From Azolla caroliniana (Eukaryota; Plantae; Polypodiophyta), in the NCBI GenBank assembly GCA_043228905.1, contig JBHGNT010000009.1:3720001-3784000 (forward strand): a stretch of 64,000 nt of DNA, given 5' to 3'. The notes beneath the pieces were generated by a model that was not told the origin of the DNA, did no database searches, and saw only the letters and a list, made by a program, of their open reading frames with translations. This document shows, piece after piece, positions 54,201-64,000 of this stretch; within the stretch, counting starts at the first letter, position 1; the number at the start of each line of letters is the position of its first letter. The position numbers and the translations under genes are program-made.

Positions 54201-57200
54201 TCCACCAACAAGAACTCGACTAGATGCTGAAGTATATAATGCAAAAACAACCTTAATATAATCACATGGAATACCTATACGACTCATAACCTCATATAAA
54301 AAATTCCAATCGACTCTGTCATAAGCTTTCTCAAAATCCAAAAGCAATATTGCTGAGTCTTGTTTTGTTTCTTCCGCTATTGCTATCATCTCCCAAAACA
54401 TGAAAATATTATCAAAGATACTCCTTTCCTGTATAAAGCCCGTCTGATTCTTATGTATAATATGTGGAAGAAAAGGATCCAAATGAATAGCTAATAATTT
54501 AGCATAAACTTTATATATTGTATTTAAAATAATTATATGCCACCATTTCTTAATATCATCCACCACACCTTCTACCTTTGGAATCAAATAAATCATTCCT
54601 TCATTCCACCCAATAGGCATCCTTCCCAAATGAAAAACCTCTTGTAAAGCAGATGTGAAAGCATCGGCTATATCATCCCAATACTCTAAAAAGAATTCTG
54701 GTGATAATCCATCATTTCTTGGACATACATTCTTCCCAATAGCCACCAGTGCAACTCTTACCTCTGTAGAAGAGATTTCCTTTACCAATGATTCAACCAT
54801 CTCATGTGAGACCTTTGTAAGTAGATTTTTATAAAAGGTCGTGGCAATGTACCTCATTTCATTCGTGTCCTTTGTAATTGACCCATGTTCCCTTTGTAGC
54901 TGTCTCATACAATTACCAAAATGAACACCTTTATGATATGCGAAAAAATTAGAATTCACATTATCAACTAATCGAGTCCACTTTGAAGCAATAGCATGAA
55001 ACTTTGTTTGAAATATCTTGTCTTCCAAACATGTTAATTCATTTCTTATGTGAGCCAACTCCAATTCAACCCAAGCTGCATGTGGACATTTTATTGAAAA
55101 TGTTGAAGAGAACCTCAAAGCCCTCCTATTAGCAGCCATTCTCAACTTACATTGCTCCACAATCTTACATACTTTCAATCTAAAAAATTCTGAAGTACCC
55201 TGAATAGCAGAGTTGACCCTTTGCAAGACATTTACAACAGATGTAGGTTGCCATTCCGACATCTGTAAAATATCATGCCTAAAGGATGTATCCAAATAGA
55301 TTCATTTCGGAATACAATCACAACTATTGTTATGATATGGTTGTTTTCCAACCACCATAATCACAGGTGCATGATCGGAGAATAAAGAGCCTGATATAAT
55401 ACCAATCTCCCCACCCTTTTTGACAAAAAAACATCAATGTATATTCTGTCCAAACGGGATAGATTTACCCCTTGTTGTCTTCTATTTGATCGAGAGAAAC
55501 TTAATGAATCTTTTAACCGACCAAAAGATGTAACATGCCATGCATCTTGCAATCTGAATGATAAACATAAGTGTTCCCAAGTTACCAACTCAATTGCACC
55601 CATCAAAGCATGAGAGCCTCTAATCCTATCACCGAAATCTTCAATCATATTAAAATCACCTACCATACACCAATGATCCATTGACGGTAAATCCGATCCT
55701 ATCTTAAACCAAAATTCCTTTGTAGCCCCTCCCGAATTTGGAGCATAAATATTAAGAAAACCCAACTTAAGGTTTGAGACTGTAAGATGATATATTGAGC
55801 TCTTCCCTCAACCAATATACGACAATCTAACACTTGCTAACTCCATTTCTCTGCTAAGGCTATACATAAACCTCCATGTTTATTTTGATCGCCAATCACA
55901 GGAGCCCAATAGTATTTCCAATTTTCGTTTAACATATTCCCATATGTATCTATTCGCTTATCCGATAGATGAGTTTCTTGTAAACAAATCATATCACAAA
56001 CTCCCACATTAAACTTAAGCAACTCTTGATGGACTCTACCGTTAAATTTCTTACTAAGTGCCCCTCTAAGCCCTTGAACATTCCATGATAAAATTTGGAA
56101 TTTATTCATAGCTTAACAAAAGTTGCTTACTAACCTTAGTTCTCCCATCCATTGTCGACTTTTTAAACTTGCAATCCTTATTGTTAATTTTCAATCCCTT
56201 AAGGGACATCTTATTTGAGTACGAAACCGTACTATGTTTCTTTGTATGACACATGAATCGATTAATCATAATATTTCTATCCACTACTTTATTAAGAGTA
56301 GTATGTACAACTACTGCATCAAGATATGATTATCTCTTAGTTATACGCCCCTTGTAGTTATGGGTATTCTCCATTGATGAGTGACAAATTTCAGCACTCA
56401 CAATTTGTAACAAGTTAACCTCTTCCCCACTTTTTTCCGCATTAGAGTCTTCCTTAAGGATTGTGTGACTTTCGTTTTCCTCATATACAACTAATGGCAA
56501 GGTTTCATCTCCCTTCATACCTAAACCATTATCATCATGCATCAAGATATGATTATCCTTGGGATAAGCCTCGCCCACCAAAGAGTCTAATAAATTATTA
56601 TCTCTTATGTTCATTGAAGAATTAGAAAGGTCACGATCTATAATATGGTCCATATTATTTTTATGTTTGGCAATTGAAGCTCCATCTATCTCCTCAACCA
56701 AGATAGCATCCCGTGGTAGTGTTTGTCTAAGATTACCAATTGGTTCAAATCTATTTCATGTTGGCATCCATTTATTGGAAAGGTGCACATTCTTTGCAAA
56801 AAAACATTTTCCCTTTCTCACCATAGTCCAATCCTCCTCTCCTTCGGTAGCCCCCTTTTCCTTAAATTTTTCATTACTATTCCCATGTGACTCATTCTAC
56901 CACGTACAATCTTTTGCCATATGCCCAATTTGCCTACATTTAAAGCATTGATTTGGCAATCCAGCATATGTAATCTTTTGCACTCGCACTTTGCTGCCAA
57001 TCAATGGTGGCAATCGAATTGACGAGGGAAGAACCATATTACTATGACCTAATAGCCTCACTATTGGTGTATTTTGATTTTTTGCATTAAACCTCTCGAT
57101 TTCTACATCCTCATCTATCAATTGCCCAAGTGTGGATGCAATATCCTTTATTATCGACTGCCACTCTTTGGGTAAGGCCAGGAACATAACAGAAAAAACA

Positions 57201-57630
57201 AACCTTCTAGCAATTGTCTCCCTCAAGTCATCTAAATCAAATCCCGCATACCATTTCAAAAATTGCATCCATACTCCTTTCATCTTAACACTACCCACTA
57301 GAAGCAATTTAACTACCATATCACAACTATTAAATTCAACATGGTAGCAACCCTTACCGAGAAATTGAATGTCGATTATTTGCGCTAACTCACCTTGCAA
57401 AGAGCTTGTAATAGATGACACAGCTCGACCCGATTTGGACAACCTCCCACAACATAGATAACGATCGAATGTTGTTGTAGGTGATCCACCTCCGCCTATA
57501 CCTTCTGTTCTGTGTCTGGAGAGAGAGACAGAAGTCCACTGTGAGATCTGCGACCAGAGAAGAAGCGAAGGGCAGTACACTGGAATCCCTTTTGTATGTT
57601 GTCGCAGCACCGAATGCGCTCATCATTTTT
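51215..57630 (-). mobile_element. Near full-length L1-clade LINE, decayed
   Basis: ORF1 with a DUF4283-like region and CCHC knuckle (CFKCRQIGHMAKDC). ORF2 from 56109 with APE endonuclease (ILSWNVQG, ICLQETH, VGDFN, SRLDRIY), RT (LLDFEKAYD, RQGCPLAP) and zf-RVT. T-rich tail on the plus strand near 51216-51226. Confidence 0.9.
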
Positions 57631-58040
57631 TCTCTTCCTGCGTGGGGTCATATGTTTTAATTGAGGTCGTCTCACCTCATGACATCTACGTGGGGCTCAT
57701 ATGTTCTACGTGAGTTCTTTGGGCTTGTGAATTGAAAACTTTGTGGTTTGATGCCTTCATATGTGGTGAAAAGGTGGTTAGGTATCTTTAGTAATAGAGG
57801 TGGATGAAACCTCAAAATAGTGCACCCTACCAATACTCTATTAATTTTTGTGAGGGATCTTTCAATTCTTTAACTTCATACATGTATTCAGTGTACTTGG
57901 TGGGTGGGAGTTTCAAATGAATAATATTTAATCACATGATTAAGAGGAAAAAATATAACGAAAAAATAATAATCGAAAATTTAAATTAAGGAAAAATATT
58001 ATGAGGAATCATTGAAGCGGTTGCGGAACCTAAGTTCGTT

Positions 58041-58250
58041 GGTTTATCATGGCGTAAGTTTTCAAGACACCCTCAACATTCTCTTTCTCTTTGTACATGG
58101 TTCCTTCTCCACTTTCGTCAAACAAATTTCTGGAACATTATGAAAGGTTTACCATGGCGTAAGTTTTCAAGACACCCTCAACATTCTCTTTCTCTTTGTA
58201 CATGGTTCATTCTCCACCTTCGTCAAACAAATTTCTGGAACATTATGAAA
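58041..58250. repeat. 105-bp tandem duplication
   Basis: GGTTTA.CATGGCGTAAGTTTTCAAG...GGAACATTATGAAA occurs twice. Confidence 0.9.
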
Positions 58251-58464
58251 AGCTCATTGATTCCTTTGGGCATTGAATCAAGTCCTTGGAAATGGCACCA
58301 AAATAATGGTAAGGCTCCAAGAGTTGTTCCTTCAAGCTTTGTCCTACTCGATCGATGATATTTCCAAAGTCGAGGTTATTTTTCAAGGTTTTATGTCTAC
58401 CCTTTTGTAGGTGAGACAAATTGAACCAATAGTCAAGCTTCATGCATTGTCAATTAGTCTTCTT

Positions 58465-60040
58465 CTTTTTTTCTTTCTCTTTTTCCAAAAAATAATATAC
58501 TCCATTAGTTAAAATATACACAAACTCGATCCCTTTCTCGAGTAGGCCGTGCCAAGACTATCCTATCCTACATAAGAGATCTTGCTTATTTATCTTACAC
58601 TTTCACATATATCTCTAGCCATCCTTTCATACACTTCACCTACATTCACTATCCCACATGCCATGTCTTTCACACCCCTCGTTCAACTAATGGGAGGGGG
58701 GAACAACCGTCTGGGTACTTCATACTTCCATAGTACATCCATTCCATTTCATGTGGTCATCGGTGTAGTACACCATTGCTTTTGAAAATTCATCCTCATT
58801 ATTTCTGCAACATCATCAGTACCATCAATCCGCTCATATTGAACTCTTAGTGTAGTTATTAATATGTGTCAGATTAGCTTAATCAATTCAGCTGGAGGGC
58901 GTTTGTGTGCTGAAAATACCCTGGTACACCTTGATGTCCATATACACCATATAGTAATGGGGGCAAGCAACATCCAAAGGTCTCCAAGTTTTTGATTCAA
59001 TGCACAAGCTATAGGTACTTTGTTGTCAGTGATCAACCAAACAATGCCATTCTTCCCTCTGTACTAAGCATCGCATGTGCTATCATATTTCGCCACATCA
59101 TCCTCAAAACAAATCCAGCAAGCATGTCCCCAGTTGAGGGTGAATGAACTAGAGGCATGGCAAAGCAAACGTAGTGCCCTTCCCCATACAACCACTGCCT
59201 CACGACATTCCCATACAATGGGAAATACTTTCTATCTATCCACATGCAATACATCTAGGGTCTACATTGGGGCCTTTACCCCATGTCCCTACCGGCAAGG
59301 CTCTATGTGCAATAAGCCATAAGCATTACCTTGTGGTCATATCTATCATGCCATATCATTTTCCAGAATTGATCTAGTCTCATTTCACTAATGCCCTCCT
59401 GTATCCAAAATTTCTTTGCCGCAATCTTGTCGTGTTCTTGTTCTAGAACAATTTGCCTCCCAATCTTCGTGTTATACCTGAAAAATTGAACCAGCTTTTC
59501 CCCATCAGTTCGTCCTTGAGTTCTCCAAACATACATTGTTGGGTCCCATGATATCTGATCCAAATGCCCTTCTATAGGCCAACACACTGTCGCCTGTGTG
59601 ATCTCCCTTGGCTTAGGGTCAATAATCATATTCTTGCCATTTTTTGCGATCAGCCTAATCAGCCTTTCTCTTTGAAAGGCTGGTTGCTCAACTCTTACCA
59701 TTCCATGCTCTAGTTTGTAGTGGCATACCTCATTTGATTCCACTTTCATTCCCTTAATGCCAATTAAATAGTTTTCTGCATCTATAAGTCCTGTCCACGC
59801 AATTTCAGAGGTTGTTACTTCTTCCTCTTCCAAGGTATTCCCGTAGCATGCAATGGCATCTATAATTCTCTTGAGCATGCCTTTACCCCTGCTTATTCTC
59901 CATATTCTAGCCTTTTGAGTGCCCAACTCATTGGACAAAAACCTCTCCCACTCTACTAATGCATTCCCTTGGGCATTGATTAACTTAGCCCATTTGAAAC
60001 CTGCTTATTGTCCTATCATCGGCCCATCCACATACTTCAC
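58465..60040 (-). mobile_element. 5'-truncated L1-type LINE
   Basis: WDP..YVW, FFRYNTKIGR and FWKMIW, similar to the other L1 3' ends in the window; zf-RVT remnant; T-rich tail. Confidence 0.75.
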
Positions 60041-60239
60041 TCAACAACAAGACTTAATAAGTACACTTTAACAAGTTAAAGCTAAGGAATTCTTAAGAAG
60101 CCACATTAAGCCAACTGAGTTAAAGAGGATAAAAGATTAAATTCCTAACAAACAATATGGGATTTTTTGTTGTATAGTGGTGGACCTATGGGACAAAATA
60201 AATATATCATCTTGTGTGTGACTCCTTTCGAAGAAGGGT

Positions 60240-60435
60240 GGCTACTCCTTCCTTGCACGAATTTCTCTCACAGTCGAAGTGTGCACTCTTGATTGTGACA
60301 TTCATTTGTAAAATTCTTGAACATTTAGAGTCTCCACTCTCACATGGATTACATGAAAATGCTATATTTGTGGTTCTATAGCTCATATTTTACCTTTGAA
60401 GGCATAATAAATTCTATTTATCCATTTATCTCAAG

Positions 60436-60471
<36 letters not shown>

Positions 60472-60533
60472 TATATTATCGTCTTCGGAGGTCAAATATG
60501 ACCTATGAGACCACAAATATTACATTTCACGTT
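60240..60533. mobile_element. Two tail-to-tail 3' fragments of the RTE-like LINE family around a (GATA)n tract
   Basis: 60300-60410 (+) and 60473-60533 (-) both match 41445-41551. Confidence 0.65.
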
Positions 60534-60601
60534 GTTGTTAACTCTTCGGGCCGGACAATGGCCTAACACAAGGTGTCTACGGGAGACACTTCACCAAAGG
60601 G

Positions 60602-61459
60602 TGTTACAGCAACCGGATTAGACTTCAACGCTTAATCCGACTTAATTAAGTTACTTATTAGGATCGTCTTTCATAACACGCGTAAGATATAACAATTACG
60701 ACAGAATGGCAATTAACACAGAGAGATAACAACGCTTAAGCTTTCATTAATTAACTGCTAACTATTACATTGTATCCGGGCCTTTAAATAGGTTTCCGGT
60801 CTGTATTACAAAACGGTGCCATCCGCACCTGTTCGGGATCGGTCCGGATCCGGAACGGCATACCGTTTCCGGTCCGTCCGTCCACACTCATAGCTTAATT
60901 ACAACCACATTCCTACTACTTAATTAGCTCCCCGTTTCCCACTCTAGACTCCTTTGCCGGCCGGTAACACATGGCACGCCCGTGGGACAGTACCTTGTAC
61001 GTCGAATCCACAACCGACCCTTGCTATTCTTTGTCCAAAATGTCCAGAATGCTTTGTTCGAGAGGCTCCAATGGTTCATCTGGAAGTGGTTATTGTTGTT
61101 GTTGTTGTTGCTCTGTTGCTGTCTGCTGCGGCGGGTCCGTTGGTGGTTGCTGTGGCTGCTCCTCTGTTTGTGGCTCTGACACTGACGTCTCTGTCGTTGC
61201 TCCCTGTGTCGTAGTGGTCTCCGGTTGACTGGTTCCCGGCTGGCCCTCAGCCGGCGACGGTTCCTCATCACTAAGGTTAACCGTTGCCGCTTCCCGTGCT
61301 TTTTCTTCCCGCACCCGGGACCGCTCGTAGCTTTCAAACTGGATTTGAGCGTCCAGCCTATCATCGTCCAGCTGAGCTACGAGCTGCCTGACCTGCGCCA
61401 GTTGTTCATCTGCTAGGACTTGGAAGTTGTCGGCCAGCTCGTTCCGTATGGCGGTCACG
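60602..61459 (+). mobile_element. LTR (TGTTAC...GTAACA, to 60969), PBS TGGCACGCCCGTGGGAC and GC-rich internal start of a Tat/Retand-like element
   Basis: 6-bp inverted termini; PBS 2 nt downstream; the LTR may start earlier (60536); the sequence breaks off at 61460. Confidence 0.55.
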
Positions 61460-61829
61460 AACACGTTCGCGTTCACAAGTGGAAGGATTGCGCATTCCAC
61501 TTGTAGAATCTTCTTAAAACGAAGCAAATACACCCTCTCTACAATAATTGGATGCACTAGTATCACATGTTCCTCAACTTGATGAGAATTTGCAAATATA
61601 AAAATACATGATAGATCTACGAGTGGAGATCATTAGAAATCATGCAAGTTTAGACATGTTGATAAGTTAATGTAGGCATAATAAAGTTCAACTATGGCTC
61701 AATATGGCACTATTGTGCGACAAGGGAAACACTAACTTAAAGACTTATATTAATTAGGTAGGTTTTACAAAAATATGAGGTGTACTTGTATCCATACTAA
61801 TAAAATGAGATATAATTTATACTTTGACC

Positions 61830-62112
61830 CATACGTGCATGTATGTAATTGTGGAAAATGTAGGATAGTGCACATTAGGATAAGTGATTGGAATAACTAA
61901 CTTATTAAAGTATTCAATACTTGTATTTAAAGTTGATCTAATCTATTCCTCAGTTTGTTCATATGGGATCAAACCATATGTGTATATAATTGTGCACAAT
62001 GTAAGGCAGTGAACTTTAGGATAATGTCGTGGAAATAACAAACCTATTAGGCTTTCATACCTGTATTTAAAATTGATCTACTCTATTGCTTAGGTGATTC
62101 ACACAAGATCAA
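61830..62112. repeat. Imperfect tandem duplication of about 141 bp
   Basis: TAATTGTG...TTAGGATAA...TGTATTTAAA.TTGATCTA.TCTATT...GATCAAAC occurs twice. Confidence 0.75.
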
Positions 62113-62507
62113 ACTCCGAACGATAACGCAACTGGAACCATTATCAACACACTACACAATCTAAGCAGCAATGGAATAGAAACATAATAGTTTTAACAAT
62201 AGAAGACAAAGATCCATAATAACAACATGGACAGTCATGGCAACAATTATAGGGCCATGTTCTATTAAGGTTAGCTTGGACCAAAATCAGCCTCCATTTA
62301 AACTAGTTCATATTTCTCCATAAGTTTGGTAGTCAGCTATGCACGCGGTGAAACCAATGTCATAAATCTACTAATCAAGTATATAAAAATAAAATTGAAA
62401 CATATAGAAGATTATAAAGAGTAGAATCCACTAGGTAAAACCCAAAATTTGTATTAATAATGTGAAATCTTAACAAATCGTCAGTGTCATATTCTTTATA
62501 GAGTTTA

Positions 62508-64000
62508 TTACATAGCAATCAATTCATCAACGTCATTTTCTTCATCATCTTGTGTAGAACTGTCTTCGGCTATACGTGCATTGGTTTCCCCTGTTAGCCG
62601 AGCCAACGAAATATCTTCTATAAGCTCATCATCAAGCTCTATTAGCTCCCCCGGTTCGCCGGCTAACGGAGGAATAGGCTCTCGCGAAGCAGGTTGAAAC
62701 CTTTCTGTATTGGCGAGGTTCTTTGCACCGACCTCCTCATCTTGGTCTGGGCACTCCCACAAAGCCTTAATCCGCATATTAATAAATATAACTTGGTCCT
62801 CGTCCTTCTCCAATGCAACTGTATTTCTAAACAGCTTCAATGCACATGCTGACGTAGTTCCTATGATGTAAGTAACAAGAAGATTTAGTTGTCAAACGAA
62901 AAAAAAGTGATTGGTTATCTCAAGATCGTTACCCTAGTTCGAGGAATACCTGTGCCAGAAAAGAGATCTAATATCCAGTCTCCTTCGACAGAAAACATCT
63001 CGATCAAGCGCATCATAAGTCGTTGAGGTTTTTGGTATGGGTTGACAAGTCCTCGTTCTGTCGTGGTGACATGTCGCAATTTCCGAGTCACTGCTGGATA
63101 TACCAACAGATTTGAACCTCCCACTTCATTAGAATGCTCTTTGATTCTCTGTTTCTTAATTTCATCGAAGTAGCCAACCGTTATGTATTCAATGGCATTA
63201 ACGAACCGAAAAGTTGGCCCTCTATTTACATTGGTCTTGATCCTATAAAAAATAATTCATTGAGTTAAGAATAGATTCAACAACCTTAAGAATTGCAATA
63301 TAATGAAAGACACCTATAAATAATCCTTACCATGCAAGGTTCTCGATGCCATGGCAACGAGATCTCAAAGCTTGAGCTACCGAGTACCCTTGGTCCATAC
63401 TATGAAAGACAACTATTCGCCACAAGGATGCGGTCGTTAGCTCAGCGAAATCCTTGACCATCTTCTCCAATTGTTTAAACCTAAACGGTTCATCGTCGTA
63501 TGATGACCCAGCCATTCGAAATCCGTAAGGAATATCCGCAATCATTAGCGTATATTCCTTCTTTGGCACCTTCTGGATCAAGTCGATGACATCACCGCAA
63601 ACCACATTGTAGTAAAGATCTCTCGTAATATCTTTTTTGTGGCTAAAATTTTTAAACGAGCCATCTTCCTCCATTTCGTACGCCTTGACTAAGCGACGAT
63701 CCTTTTCTTTTCTGGCTCGCTCGAGATGTGCAAGGAAGGATGTAGGGAAATCGTGTATATCCTTAACTTCTCCTTGTTTCTTGCCTCGACACGGTTTCTA
63801 ATAGAAGCAATAGGACATCAGGTATTATTATACAAGCTCTACATATGATGAAAGGGTAATGAAAAAACATGAATACTAACCCAATCCTTGAATGCAATAA
63901 AATACCCTGATAACGCCTTATACGAAGACGTTAGAGGATAATCCTCGGTCACTTGTTCCCAAGTTATACATCCAAGTTGTTTCATCATAACTTCTTGGAT
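62508..64000 (-). CDS. Beta-class N6A/N4C DNA methyltransferase, 3' exons (>64000-63881, 63797-63331, 63242-62950, 62860-62508); paralog of 2380-6003
   Basis: ADIPYG, WIKTN, PYQKPQRL and ILDLFSGTGTT motifs; three visible GT-AG introns at the same codon positions and phases as copy 1; no stops or frameshifts in the visible part. Confidence 0.88.

Larger units (their letters stand above)
61460..64000. mobile_element. Left part of a second MTase-carrying TIR transposon (diverged family); extends beyond the window
   Basis: Candidate TIR AACAC...CGCATT with the same 37-nt spacing as element 1; abrupt GC-to-AT shift; MTase gene in the same orientation relative to this end. Confidence 0.6.

Overview
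This is repeat-dense eukaryotic DNA, most likely from a seed-free land plant such as a fern (inferred from the CFL1 gene and the TE types). It holds one host gene, a two-exon CFL1-like WW-domain gene (21706-23448, minus), among decayed Copia, Gypsy/chromovirus, L1/RTE LINE and probable CACTA elements. The standout is a 7.7-kb cut-and-paste DNA transposon (1617-9300) with 37-bp TIRs and a 4-bp GTGG target duplication. It is nested in the chromodomain of a Gypsy element that itself sits in a Copia element. It carries a Sola-like DDD transposase and, head-to-head with it, a six-exon gene encoding a ParB-like domain fused to a prokaryote/phage-type beta-class N6-adenine/N4-cytosine DNA methyltransferase. 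A second, diverged copy of this methyltransferase gene runs off the right edge (62508->64000). It has the same intron positions, no visible lesions and a candidate TIR at 61460. Together these suggest a family of amino-methyltransferase-carrying DNA transposons. All calls were made by eye; no database searches were run.
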